Source: Octopus vulgaris
Taxonomy: Eukaryota
Assembly (NCBI GenBank): GCA_951406725.2
Contig: OX597819.1
Span: 53,630,001 to 53,694,000 of the forward strand
Length of the DNA stretch: 64,000 nucleotides
Direction of reading: 5' to 3'
Shown: in pieces, positions 40,173 through 54,846 of the stretch
Layout of the letters: each line of letters starts with the position of its first letter
How positions within the stretch are numbered: the first letter of the stretch is position 1
Program-made: the position numbers and the translations under genes
Notes under the pieces: model-generated
Databases searched by the model: none
What the model was told of the DNA's origin: nothing
What the model saw: the letters and a program-made list of their open reading frames with translations, nothing else

Positions 40173-40473
40173 TCATCAGCAGGAGCAGCATCATCATCAT
40201 CAGCATCATCATCGTTTAACGTCCGCTTTCCATGCTAGCATGGGTTGGACGATTTGACTGAGGCCTGGCGAACCAGATGGCTGCACCAGGCTCCAATCTG
40301 ATCTGGCAGAGTTTCTACAGCTGTATGCCCTTCCTAACGCCAGCGGCACGAGGGCCAGTCAGGCGGTACTGGCCACGGCCACGCTCAAATGGTGTTTTCT
40401 ACGTGCCACCTGCGCAGGAGCCAGTCCAGCAGCACTGGCAACGACCTCGCTCGAATGTTTTTTTCCGACCTTG

Positions 40474-40528
<55 letters not shown>

Positions 40529-40669
40529 GGTTATGAGTTGGTTATTTTCCTTGAAGGGCTAGAAATATCTAAGGTGAAGGCGAAAAACACATGGAAGGTA
40601 CAATGCATAAATTCTGCTATCAGGAAAAGTGTATGGTATGTTAAAGGGTTGAAAACATAAAGAATGCAT

Positions 40670-40890
40670 TAAAATACCATTAAAGATTGGTTTAAAACGT
40701 TGGATCCAACATATTCCTCTGACATCAATAAGGGCTTGCTTGATAATGCAGAGATATATGATCATGGCTTATATGTACTACATGCACGTCATAAGATATT
40801 TACCTCAATAGATATTGGCTTCTATAGAGATGACGGGTAAGCTATTCTCTATTACATACATTTAGGAAAGACCATATTAATACCTTCAAA
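40670..40890 (+). mobile_element. Decayed Penelope-like reverse transcriptase remnant
   Basis: TIKDWFKTL ... DIGFYRDDG*AIL ... RKDHINTFK, resembling the GLYRDDGL catalytic region of one PLE group. Confidence 0.5.
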
Positions 40891-41087
40891 AATTCCACCA
40901 GTCACTTAACTATCACAATTTTTTTTTTCAATTTCCTTGCCATTCTAAGAGGTTCTGTAAAAAAGTAATGAATACTGTCATTTATTTCTTTGTGTAAACC
41001 ACATAATGATATATGATTAAATCGAAAATGTCGTTTTATTGATACTAATTTTATTGAACTCGGTGGGTCGAACGAGAACGTATGACT

Positions 41088-41439
41088 TACTCTTTTTTTA
41101 CTCTTTTACTTGTTTCAGTCATTTGACTGCGGCTATGCTGGAGCACCGCCTTAAATCGAGCAACTCGACCCCGGGACTTATTCTTTTGTAAACCCAGTAC
41201 TTATTCTATCGGTCTCTTTTGCCGAACCGCTAAGAAACGGGGACATAAACACACCAGCATCGGTTGTCAAGCAATGCTAGGGAGACAATCACAGACACAC
41301 AAACACACACACACGCATATATATATATATATATACATATATACGACGGGATTCTTTCAGTTTCCGTCTACCAAATCCACTCACAAGGCTTTGGTCGGCC
41401 CGAGGCTATAGCAGAAGACACTTGCCCAAGGTGCCACGG
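41088..41439 (-). mobile_element. Young SINE A, 5' truncated
   Basis: Near identical to the 21144 copy. Confidence 0.92.
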
Positions 41440-42826
41440 AATGAGAAAAAATGAAATCCGATTTAAAAATGTAGTGCGTTTTGACCATCGCTCTATCGTA
41501 TCAGCTATTTCTTTTCTAGCATATGTTATTTTATAATGATTTCTTTTGCTGAGGCAGAAACTTTGTTAGCCTGTGGTGTCGATTGGAATCAAACCTGGTA
41601 TATTATTGATACTTTTGATATTGACTCAAGTAGAATGAAAAATAAAAAAAATAATCTGTTGTATGAGGTAAGAATGACAAAGAAACGAACTTTATATAGC
41701 ATAATAAAGCATTTAGAGTTCTGTATTATCTCAGCCGTTACTAGGACTCAATATCGGCTTTTATTCTTTTGCTGGTTCCAGTCATTGAACTACGACCATG
41801 CTGGAATATCACCAAGGCTTGTAATCGATTGTATTGATTTCAGTACTTCGTCTGTTACTTAATCTATTGACCTTGTTTGACGAGCGACAGAGTCAGCTAA
41901 TGTGCAAAGGAAAGATCCAGGTCGTAGTCAAGTACTAGAAGATATGCCAGTTCGACATATCGATTCTGCTTTTCTCATATGTATACATCAGGGGTTGTAA
42001 AAAAATTAATTGATGAAAAATTAATTGCAATATATTGGTCCAATTAATTGATTAGAGTCGTACTGCCAATTAAATAATTGATTGCTATCAAATCAATTAA
42101 TAGCAATTAATTGCAGTTAATTGCAATATTGTCAGCGAAAGTTTTTCAAATAGCTTATACTTCGTTCAACTTTCAATTGGCAAATACAGCGTTTTGTTAT
42201 TATTTGAGGTATTGTTTTCGTCTGTCTTTACAGTCTGAGTTCAAATTCCGCCGAGGTCGACTTTACCTTTCATCCTTTCGGGGTCGATAAATTAAGTACT
42301 GGGGTCGATCTAATAGATTGGCCCCCTCCCCAAAAGTTTCGGGCCTTGTGCCTAGAGTAGAAAAGAAGATTATTTGAGGTATTGTGTTGACGCTTTGTTC
42401 TTACTCCTGAGAATGATTCACACATTCGGTCGTACCTAGGAATTGACTGTTGTCAAGCGTTGATGCTTGATTTGGACTGCTGAGAATGATACACATTCTA
42501 TCATGCTTGGGATTTGGTTATTGTATATGTTGTTAAATAACCGCTGTCGAGTGTTGATGCTTGGTTAAGACTGCTGAGAATGATTCACACAATCTGTCGT
42601 GTTTGGAAATTGGCTATTGTGTATGTTGTCAAATAATCCCTGTCGAGTGAGTCTTAGTTCTAACTGCCGAGAATGATTAAGTCATTAAATCGTAACTTTG
42701 CCTGCAATGCGGTTGTATCTTGAATTCCGCTCCAACATATTAACTGAATCAGACTTTCATCAGTGGAGTGGCGAAATATCTTCTATTTTAAACTGTGGCG
42801 AAATATCTTTTATTTTAAACTAATCC

Positions 42827-44750
42827 ATGTCGCATGAAAACGAGCAAATCATCAGAAAATATTTTAGCCAAACAGACAGGGAACATGTATAGAAATACAA
42901 GTGTGGAAAAAAGTTGACCCAGAAGAAAGGAACTGGATGCACAAATCTTATGAATCATATAAAAGACCAGCATCCAGAGTATTCTACTACACAAACAACT
43001 GGACAACCATCTTTATCGAGTTTTCTTTCACCAAGAAGTAGTTTGGTCAGTCGCTCGGCTATAAATACTTATGGTTGGATTGAGTGGGTATGTGTTGGTT
43101 TAAAACCGTTTTCCTTTAGTGAAGACCCACTGACTCATAAGTACACGAACTTGGGAAGTATGACAAATGTGATCTTAAAGAAATACATGGAGAAACTTAC
43201 TCAAGAAGCGGAAAAGAAAATATCTGATGAACTTCCAAGTAAATTTTCGTTGGTAATCGACGATTGGACTAAGGGTTCGACGCATTTCATTGGACTTTTT
43301 GCATCTTATTCGCGCAAATATCAAAATTACTATTGTACTGTTTTGCTGGCATTTTCGCCAATGGTAAGTGAAAAATCAATCACTACTTCTTATTATGTCG
43401 AATTTATAGAGTATGTGTTAAGTGTCTATAACAAAAATTTAGAAAATGTTGTAGCTATTACCGGAGATAATACTGAAGTGAACAAATCTATAGCGAATTT
43501 GTGTAGAGTATCATTGATTGGGTGTGCCTCTCATAAATTCAATCTAGCTGTTTCTACTTATCTCGAGAAGCAAGAACTTCTGCTTGATAAAATTAATATG
43601 TTGATGGGCAAGTTAAAATCATTAAAACTTACGGGTAAACTCAGGGGAAAACGCCTTTGCAACCTATACAAAGAAGTAAAACCCGTTGGTCCAGTACTTA
43701 TGACATCCAACTCAAGCCGTTTTTACACTCTTTTCAAAGCGATCCAAAGCTGGTTGATTATCTCCTCCACGCGATCATAATGATCTGCACACTCTAAAAG
43801 ACAATTTAGGAAAGTTACGCTCAGTAATAGTTGCCTTGCAAAGTACAGAAATAGATTTGGGAAAAGCTCGAATTCTTTTTGACGAAATTCTCGCATTGTA
43901 TCCTTACGAAGAGTTTAGAAAATATTTGCTTCTATCAGCTGCCATTGTGCATAGCCCAGATTTTGAAATTGGAGCTGTGAAAATTTTACAACATGCAGAA
44001 GCAGAGCTAACTGCGGATGAAGTGGTTACTCTACATCAGCTTAAAGTGGTGACGGACACGTCACAACAGTCTGATTTACTCTTTTCTTTTTTTACTCTTT
44101 TTACTTGTTTCAGTCATTTGACTGCGGCCATGCTGGAGCACCGCCTTTAGTCGAGCAAATCGACCCCGGGACTTATTCTTTGTAAGCCCAGTACTTATTC
44201 TATCGGTCTCTTTTGCCGAACCGCTAAGTGACGGGGACGTAAACACACCAGCATCGGTTGTCAAGCAATGCTAGGGGAACAAACACAGACACACAAACAT
44301 ATTCACACACACTTATATATATATACATATATACGACAGGCTTCTTTCAGTTTCCGTCTACCAAATCCACTCACAAGGCATTGGTCGGCCCGGGGCTATA
44401 GCAGAAGACACTTGCCCAAGATGCCACGCAGTGGGACTGAACCCGGAACCATGTGGTTGGTTAGCAAGCTACTTACCAAACAGCCACTCCTGCGCCTATA
44501 TGCCTGTAGAAGATGATGATTTTGCCTCAATTTGTTTCAAAAATCACAAAAAAGATAAAATTTCACCTCAGCAATATCTGAACTGTAGATTTTTGTTATC
44601 AACGTCAACATCTTGGAACATTTCTTCAGCTCAGCAGGTTATGTATTTAATGATTTTTCACCAATGAATTTAGAAATGCAATTATTTCTAAAAGTCAATC
44701 GCGCTTTCTGTAATGAAGACCTAGTTTTAGAAATCTGCAATCGTTCATGA
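42827..44750 (+). pseudogene. hAT transposase, disrupted by an early stop, frameshifts and a SINE
   Basis: BED-like CG..GTGCTNLMNHIKDQHP, catalytic IDDWT and GDNT, CASH (CxxH), TRWSS in a shifted frame, C-terminal LEMQLFLKVNR. Confidence 0.88.
44078..44499 (-). mobile_element. Young full-length SINE A inserted in the hAT transposase
   Basis: Near identical to the 21144 copy. Confidence 0.95.
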
Positions 44751-46168
44751 CCTTTTGCTATATTAGAACATTTTAATTGTGCTACTAGTTTGAGAAACTC
44801 TTTCAATTAAGACCTTCAATTTATTTGTTTTTGAACTTCTGTACAATGTAGAGTATACGCATTGTTTGTTCCCTATCTAAATCAATAAAATTGAACATCG
44901 AACGTTTTCTGATAACAAAAATTTTTGAAACTATAAGACGTGCCTTTTATTTTCCTATCATTTAGGCTCTTATCTAAATCGAAGCTAACACTTCAAAATA
45001 TATGGTGTTTTTAAGTTCGACAAAATAATTGACAATTAATTGCAATATTTGATTGGCCTGTATTCCAATTAAAATTAATTGATTGCTAGGGAAATAATTG
45101 ATGGAAAGGTTCCAATCAATTATTTACAACCCCCTATATACATGCATGAAAACATACAGACATGCAAACATACGTCCATAGGTACTTTCGTATGTATGTA
45201 CGCGCGTATGCATGTATGTGTGTATGTACGTTTGTATGTACTATGTTATGTATGCAAGTATGTTTGTAAAACTGTCTGTCTGTCTGTCTGTATGTATGTA
45301 TGTACATATATGTACGTATGTATGCAGTACATAGGTATGCATTTATGTGTGTATGTGTGCATGTATGTATCCATGCATGAATGTATGTATGTATGTATGT
45401 ATGTATGTATGTATGTATGTATGTATGTATGTATGTATGTATGGATGGATGGATGGATGGATGGATAGATGGATGAATGGATGGATGAATGTTCTAATGG
45501 TTTTTTGCAGATGAAGCTGCACTCACAAGTCTTCAGTAAACCCGAGGCTATAGTCGGAGAGAAATACGCGCCCAATGTGACACAGAGCGATTGAACGTGG
45601 AACCGTGTTTTTATTTTGTGAAGCGAATTTGTTAATCCCCGACCACCACCACCACCACCACCACCACCACCACCACCACCACCTCCACCACCACATCACA
45701 ATACCCCACAACTACAATAATGACCTCAAGGACAATTTTTCTTGCAGACGATAAATATAAGCAGACAATTCAACAACAATATCAGCAGTTTGAAAGGTTA
45801 AATCGACTCCGAGGGGAATTCAACTAATAGCAAAATATTGAAGTCGGCTTCCTCACTCACTAGGGTCATTTAAGTATCTAAGCAATCTTATAATAAATAT
45901 GTGTAATGACAGCAAGAAAGATTATAACAAATATAGTGTATCGGTAATATAATCAGTAATGGAGGACTAATTAATTCCTCCAACAAGATGTATTCATGTA
46001 ATGTTTGCTGTACTGATTTCTACAATAGTGTTAAAATAACGAAGAAAAAAAAAACAAGTTGTAATAGCGTTGTGTGTTTTTACATAATCATCCTACATTA
46101 ATACACTGATTTCACTGTAATGATTTAAACTATAACTGAATCATCCGCTAGGAAAAGTTGGAATAATA

Positions 46169-46242
46169 GATGAGCTGGGAGGATGTACAATGCACCACAG
46201 CGAGCGTACGTAAGTACGTACGTAAGTATGTATATACACGCA

Positions 46243-46312
<70 letters not shown>

Positions 46313-46377
46313 AATGACTGTGGCTTTTAATCTGTGATGCGCTCGCTGTGGTGTATTGTATATCCTCCCAGCTCATC
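46169..46377. mobile_element. Small MITE-like inverted repeat around (CA)n
   Basis: TA|GATGAGCTGGGAGGATGTACAATGCACCACAGCGAGCG ... CGCTCGCTGTGGTGTATTGTATATCCTCCCAGCTCATC|TA. Confidence 0.7.
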
Positions 46378-46612
46378 TATGTATATATGTATGTATATAT
46401 GTATGTATGCATGTATGTATGTATGTATGTATGTACTTCCCCCCCCTCTCTCTATATATACATATCTTAGGAAAATATACAGGGTAGGAAAATTATGGAA
46501 ATTTTTCTATCAGTTCACTAGCATACAGAAAATAGTCAATAAACTATATATTATTCATATAAAATTAGTGTACATTTAAACACATAAGAGGTGTTTAAGT
46601 GTACACTAATTT

Positions 46613-46669
<57 letters not shown>

Positions 46670-46693
46670 TCACACACACTCACACACACATAA

Positions 46694-46828
<135 letters not shown>

Positions 46829-47304
46829 CGCGTACACGCATATATGTATGTATGCATGTTTTTCTCTTTCTCGTTTTAATTTAGAATAAATCTTTATTGG
46901 CCACCTACAAGGTTGTGAAGGAAAGCATTTTGTTTTGTTCATCTTCCTTTAAACCTTAAGAGGCTCTTGCACATTTTTATAGTCTCACATACTGCAATCA
47001 TTTGTCCTGAATGGTACCCCCTAAGAACCCATGTTCAGCCTCACTTTGCTCCAGGCCTGGTATGTATCCTGTTGCCTTAATAATAAATAAGCATGAAACT
47101 GAAAGTGTATCTTAGGTACAAGATTTGCAAAAGTCTTCATTCGATTAGGCAGCCTGCATTATACAAACTTTTAGCAAATGCATTCGCCTCCCATGACGTA
47201 TAAGATGAATTAATCCGAAAAAAAAAAAAAAGATTATTAAGTCCCGGTGTAGATAGCAAACGAATACCCCATGCTTTAAACTATTAAGGTACGCTTAACT
47301 CATG

Positions 47305-47858
47305 CGAAATGCTTAGCGGTATTTCGTCTGCCGCAACGTTCTGAGTTCAAATTCCACCGAGGTGGACTTTGCCTTTCATCCTTTCGGGGTCGATTAAATA
47401 AGGACCAGTTACGCACTGGGGTCGATATAATCGACTTAATCCGTTTGTCTGTCCTTGTTTGTCCTCTCTGTGTGTAGCCTTGTCAGTGGATTTGGTAGAC
47501 GGAAACTGAAAGAAGCTCGTCGTATATATATAAGTGTATGCATATATGTATGCGTATGTATGTGTATGTATGTATGTATGTATGTATGTATGTATGTATG
47601 TATGTATGTATATATATATATATGTATGTATGTATGTATGTATGATGTATGTGTGTGTATTTGTTGTCCCCACCAACAACACTTGACAACCGATGCTGGA
47701 GTGTTTACGTCCCCGACAACAGATGCTGGAGTGTTTACGTCCCCGTAACTTAGCTGTTCGACTTACAAAGAATAAACTTTGCGGTCGATTTGCTCGACTA
47801 AAGGCGGTGCTCCAGCATGACCGCAGTTAAATGCCTGAAACAAAAGAGTACAAGAATA
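47305..47858 (+). mobile_element. Chimeric SINE: family D 5' part joined to family A 3' part
   Basis: Switch at TGTAGCCTTGTCAGTGGATTTGGTAGACGG; internal ~30-bp tandem duplication at 47685-47744. Confidence 0.75.
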
Positions 47859-48269
47859 TATATATATATATATGTATGTATATGTATACACACACAAACA
47901 TTTATATGTTAACACACAAATATATAAAAACTAAGTAAAATTTTCCGTAAACTGCTGAAAATGACGTCACGTGTCGGGAAATCAACTGGCACAAATTTGA
48001 AAATAGCCATACTTAAAACGAAACGTCTTTTAAAATTTCAAAATAGATTATTTTTTAAAAATGTGTTTTAAGTTTCTTTGTATATGTATACACACACACA
48101 ACTACACACGCACGCACACACACACGCACACACACGCGCGCGCACGCACACACACACACACATAAAATCAGTTTCAGCTCGAAGCTGTAGCCATGCTAGG
48201 GCACAGCCGTTTTGCTACACTGTTAATATTGAGAGCGTTCTCAGATATGTGGCATTTGGTGAGTAAGTG

Positions 48270-48850
48270 AGTTTGATGTCACTGCCCTCATTTGCGCCTC
48301 CTGCCGCTAGGTAGGTTCATCTGAGACTCTCGACAGGAAGAGGTCCAGTTTTGTTTTGAAAACACCTACATCCTCTTTGTGTAGGACCCTCAGTCCCTTT
48401 GGCACAATATAAAAAGGCTGTGGGTCCTTGAAACCCAGGCCGTTGCCATAACTGGTATGAAGCGCTACGGCATTGTTGGGATCTTTGGCACTCTGTAGTG
48501 GCGACCCGTCCCAGCATTTGTGTAGCTTTCAATGCCAAAATTTGGCACAATCCCTTCCAGGATCTTCCAGGTGTATATTACTGCATATCTCTCCCGCCTT
48601 CGTTCCAGGGAGTAGAATCTTAACTGTTTCAGCCATTCCCAATAGCTGAACTGTTGTGATGAGAGAATCTTCTTTGCGAAGCTTCGCTGGACTGCTTCAA
48701 GGTCCACTGTTAATTTTACACTGTGGGGTGACCATATTTGGGAGCAGAATGTCAAGATGGCTGAGGACGAATGACCTCCAGAGGATCATCATAGTTTCCT
48801 GCTCTCTGGTTCTCAAGGTTTTCAGGATCCAGCCAGCCAGCCAGCCGTCT
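48270..48850 (-). mobile_element. CR1/L2-like LINE 3' fragment
   Basis: CSQIWSPHSVKLTVDLEAVQRSFAKKI...SYWEWLKQLRFYSLERRRERYAVIYTWKIL, typical of the CR1-group ORF2 C-terminus. Confidence 0.85.
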
Positions 48851-49355
48851 GCACTCGTGCGCTGATGATGGGTCAATACCCAGAAACTGCAGTCCGTGCG
48901 TATCACTTAGGTTGACGAGGGAAGGATGACTTTCCTTTGCAAATACCGATAGGGCACAGAAAGTGTGTCAATAGCCAGCTGGAGAAGATGTTCTCCCGGG
49001 GCTACAAGCTACAGTAACATCCACCCTTAGTGGTTAGCCATATTTAGATGGCAAATTTACTTCACATTGTCGTGCAGTTACTGTCTATACCTCGTTCAGA
49101 GATTTATCATATATATCATCATCATCATCATTATCATCATGTTCAACCGTTAATCACTAGACATTTTTTCTCCCTCCGTTGTTTTTCATTCTCTCCGTTT
49201 TTCCTCTTAATTCTTTCTGTCGATGAGTGTAGGCTCGAAGCGTCAAAGGCTTTTCCATTCTTCCCGAGCGTCAAACTAATACACCTGCTTGTTGTTCCTT
49301 CACCTATCTTAGTCTTTATTTTCTGTAAATTTGAATTATTTATTTATATATTATA

Positions 49356-49398
<43 letters not shown>

Positions 49399-49466
49399 GG
49401 TCCCGGGTTGAGTCGGGGTTAACCACTGTAAATAAGGTACTCAATACATAGCAGAGTAAATTAATT

Positions 49467-49581
49467 TATTATATAGAAGGAGTTCTACAGGACTAGAACT
49501 GTTTCATTCAAAAGAAATCATCAGGAAGCTCCTGATGATTTCTTTTGAATGAAACAGTTCTAGTCCTGTAGAAGCTCCTTC

Positions 49582-49590
<9 letters not shown>
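49467..49590. ncRNA. Near-perfect 124-bp palindrome with a hammerhead-like motif on each strand
   Basis: CTGATGA-TTTCTTTTGAAT-GAAA-CAG-ttctagtc-CTG-TA in both orientations; arms differ by one base. Confidence 0.65.
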
Positions 49591-49622
<32 letters not shown>

Positions 49623-50310
49623 ATATACATATATATGTGTGTGTATATATATACACACAGACATATGTGTATGTGTGTGTATATGTGAAACTATATATAC
49701 GTTTATGTGTATTTCTATATGTAAACATAACTGTGTGCGTGCGTGTGTGTGTGTGTGCACAAATATGCGTATATATATTTATGTATGCATATGTATATAT
49801 CTGTTTACTGTAAAACACGCGTTGTCATTGTTGTAGATAAAAATTAATGAAAAGTAGCTTATGAATAAACAAATATTTGAAGACACTATCAATTTATATA
49901 CATCAATATATTCTTCATCGGTAGAGAATGACCACTTGCACACGTGCACGCGCGCATGCACACACACGCGTGCGCGCAGACATATATACACATACAGATT
50001 AATATGCACGAACATATAATGTATAGATAGTCAGGCATACATTGTATTAATGGGTAAAAATACAGAGAAAATAAATGCATTTGAGTACACATGAGCAAAA
50101 ATCCCGTGAGCACACTCAGACACACACACACGCACTAGCTAGATAGATATCTTATGTATTCCTTCATAATGATGTACTTGAATACAACGATACTCACACA
50201 CATAGGAATACGTACAAATATGTATTTCTATGCACACACTTGTTGACTGTTGAAAGATACGTACACTTAGACACAAATACATACATGCATACATATATAT
50301 ATATATATTC

Positions 50311-50522
50311 AAAATGTGACCGCGTGTGTACCGTTGGCGATTTTTTTTCCTCCGTCTTCCCTTCTTTGGATCTTTCCTTTTCCTATGTTTCCGACGAAGA
50401 GCTCCGCTCGAAACGTTAAACCCTCCTTCTTTCCTTCTTTCCTGAGTGTCCAATAATACTATACTTGTTCCACGTCCTCGCGTTGTTGTGTTTTCTCTTT
50501 GTGTTTTCATGTTTGGATTAAC
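50311..50522 (+). mobile_element. Short Penelope-type repeat with a minimal hammerhead motif, embedded in (TA)n
   Basis: GTTT-CCGACGA-A-GAGC-tcc-GCTC-GAAA-C-GTT-AAAC at 50387-50421 (one core change, U4 to C). Confidence 0.65.
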
Positions 50523-50534
50523 TATATATATATA

Positions 50535-50664
50535 CAGGGTGTCCCCAAAAAATGTATACACACCTTAAATAATTGTAAACTTGTTTGTCTTTGTAAGCCT
50601 AGTACTTATTCTATCGTTCTCTTTTGCCGAACCACTATGTGTATACATTTTTTGGGACACCCTG
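50535..50664. mobile_element. 130-bp Tc1/mariner MITE enclosing a SINE A fragment
   Basis: TA|CAGGGTGTCCCCAAAAAATGTATACACA ... TGTGTATACATTTTTTGGGACACCCTG|TA. Confidence 0.85.
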
Positions 50665-50729
50665 TATATACACACACACACACACACATACACACACACA
50701 CACACATACACACACACATATATATATAT

Positions 50730-50794
<65 letters not shown>

Positions 50795-50855
50795 TATATA
50801 TATATATTAATATATGTATGTATGTATGTATGCATGTGTGTGTGTGTATGTTATA

Positions 50856-51765
<910 letters not shown>

Positions 51766-51785
51766 AATACACACACACATACACA

Positions 51786-51875
<90 letters not shown>

Positions 51876-52412
51876 GACACACACCCACATACTTGACTGT
51901 TCAAAATATTTATAGATTTCCCGCTTCCTTACAATCTGAATCTCAATATCTCTCTCTTTCTCCCTCTCTATTTATACAGACACAGACGTATATACAATAT
52001 ATACATATTTACTGAGCATATATACATTAATACTCATGCACACAAAATCACACACACACAGACGCACACACACACACACAGACGAACACACACACACGCA
52101 CACACACATGCTTTCATATAATATGTGATCGGTTAATTGCCAAATGACGGCAGAACAATGATTTAAACAGATTACTTTCTGCCATTATCTGCCATTGTTT
52201 CGTATTTCTTGTTCTGAAAAGCTTAAAAGATGACTTTAATATAGAATCCGTGTACACACACGTTCGTCAGCCGTTTGTGGATTTAGCCTGGCAATCTAGG
52301 ACATTCAAATTCAATGCAAAATGCAAAATGGCGGACACTACGATTGTAAAAATCTACCTGATCTCAAGCAACATGCTCAAGTTCAATAAGGTGCAGAAGT
52401 ATTGATTTACAT

Positions 52413-52477
<65 letters not shown>

Positions 52478-53385
52478 TCGTACATCTGCATATATATGTT
52501 ATTGATGAAGCTCAAAGAAGGAGAAATCCGGATTCAGCAATACCAGAACCGATGCTGGACGATTTTCGTCTACTACTGATTTATTTTTGTGATTTTTAAC
52601 AGCGAACGTACATTTGTGCTATATACTCTAAAGTTCAATTATATAGCTTTGATTTTTAAATTTCATGCTCTGACTGAAGTACCAGGCGCTGCTCTCTCTT
52701 ATTCTCTCTCTGCATGCGCGTGTGTGTATAGATAGAGACATACATGCATACATACATATTTGTTTATAGATACACACATACATTTTGTTGTAAACATTCA
52801 AGCTAAACTTTTGTCTGATGACTATTCAATTTTTTAAGTCTTGCTACATAAGGTAGCAAACCATGGAATCGAGGTTTCATTTTCTCCCTCCTCTCCCAAT
52901 CTCGGAGGACATACTATGATGATTTTAGGCGTTGTTGTGCTTCGTCTGTCTAGAAAAAAAAAAGAAAAGATGCGATTAAAATATGATTCATGAGGTTTTG
53001 TAAAGAAGTAGCCATAGAAAAAACTAGATTAGAGGAAGGCTTAGTTAGAAATTTAGAAGAGGCGTTTATGAAAGGCAGCCCATCAGTAAGTTCTTCAATG
53101 CGAAACACGTAGGTTGTGTTAAGTAACCAGCAGGTAGACTTGAAGAATTTAATTCATCACCTGGTTTAATATCATTACCTGGCCCATTAGTTCCTTCAGC
53201 GGAGCTCACTCTGATGGAAGCATTCGCGCCAAGTCTTTGGTTTGAAGGTAACTTTCTGTGTGTGCGTGTGTGTGTGTGGGCTCTTCTTGTGATTAAGCCA
53301 TAAAAATATTTAAAGGAAAGAAACTAGTGGGGTAAAGAACATAAAATGGTTGAAATTGGAAATCGAAATCTTTATTTGTCTAGAA

Positions 53386-53715
53386 TAGTGGTTCTCAACC
53401 ATTCTTTTACATATGGACCCCTTTGAGTACTATTTTATTCTAGTGGACTCGCATAGCCTTTCGATGTTTAAAATCTAGTGTTATGGATACTTCTTTGAAA
53501 TTTCCTATTTTGTTTTTCACATGTTCACTTGTGTATGATTGCAACACCACTCTCTTAGAACCTAGCTGTTTCTTGCAATAAATATATCTATAGCAAAATT
53601 TTTTCATGGACCCTTAAAACACCACTGTATATACCCAATCTGCTTGCGTGGACACCCGAAAATCTTACATAGACTCCGCCCCCGGGGTCTTATGGACACT
53701 TGTTGAGAACCATTG
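53386..53715. mobile_element. hAT MITE, same family as 28222
   Basis: TAGTGGTTCTCAAC ... GTTGAGAACCATTG; flanks GTCTAGAA / GTCAAGAG. Confidence 0.85.
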
Positions 53716-54846
53716 GTCAAGAGCAAACCTTTATTTTTGAAATTCGTCATTATTTGTAAAACTCCTTTTAAAAATGCTGTTTGAAAACACCGTTATTTGT
53801 TGGGGTTTTGCTTAGAACTTAAAGCTTCCTTCTCTTTGCAAAAATATATTAAATGGAAAATTGTGAATTCATGCTTTTTCATCAGAAATAGTGAGTAATT
53901 AAGTAAAGCTGTTAGATTTGGTGGATAAAAAGCGAGAAACAGACTCATTCGACCGAAAACTTATCGTCTGCTATCATGTAAACGAATAATATAACGAGAG
54001 TGTACTCTATGCAGTCGTTCAGTCAGTTAGAAATAACAGTTAAGTTCCCTCAAATCACAACCTACGGTCTTAAATAGAGAAAATGCCTAGCGAAATAGTC
54101 CTTGATACATAAAAAGACAGGATGGTCATGGCTGAAATGCCTTTGATCGTAGTTGGCTAGGGTGGGGCTAAGTAGTGAATTATCACTATACGGTATCAAA
54201 CTGATTATTGAGTAAAAAGCAATGCCTTTCATCCCTACACCTTAGAATGGCTTGCAGGTAACAACACATTTCTCCAAACTCTTAGATTATTTTGCTTCTA
54301 TTTGAAAGGAATTTTCCCTCGAAATATCACAGGATCATTTAACTCCCTTTGTAAGGCAACATGTCTATTTTTTTTTCTTTGTTTTAATTCATTGACATTA
54401 CCTTACATATTTTTCATAATACTTCACCTGCATTATTTGCAAACATTTATCTTGCACATTTGCGATGCTTCGAGCAAAATAAAATGCTCTTTTAGGAGTA
54501 AAAGTGTACGTTTTATAAATAAATATTTGTTTCTAGATAAATATTATAATAGATAAATATTGTTAGAGATAAATATTTATCCTTGCGAATTATGGTCTAC
54601 AAATTAATTTTTCATTTTGGCTTGAAACCGAATCAGTGAGATGTTTTCCTAAGACAAAGTGTTACAGCTACTGCCTTTCCACATTTGTATACATATTATA
54701 AACGTTATACATACCAGAATTTTAATCTAAGGCTGTTTCATATCCCTACATTGATTTAATTCTAGCCCTGTTAGCTTTCACACAACTCAGTAAATGTTTC
54801 TCGAGGACAAGTATTTTCGGTCTAGCTCAGGACTTGCAGGATATTC

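Larger units (their letters stand above)
41989..45135 (+). mobile_element. Near full-length hAT DNA transposon with two nested SINEs
   Basis: TIR CAGGGGTTGTAAA / TTTACAACCCC; 8-bp flanks GTATACAT / ATATACAT; AATTAATTG subterminal motifs; CTGAGAATGAT repeats at 42407-42680. Confidence 0.9.

Noticed and set aside
42407-42680. Spaced CTGAGAATGAT repeats resembling a repeat-spacer array
   Set aside because: Intervening sequences are themselves homologous; this is a diverged tandem repeat inside the hAT, not CRISPR
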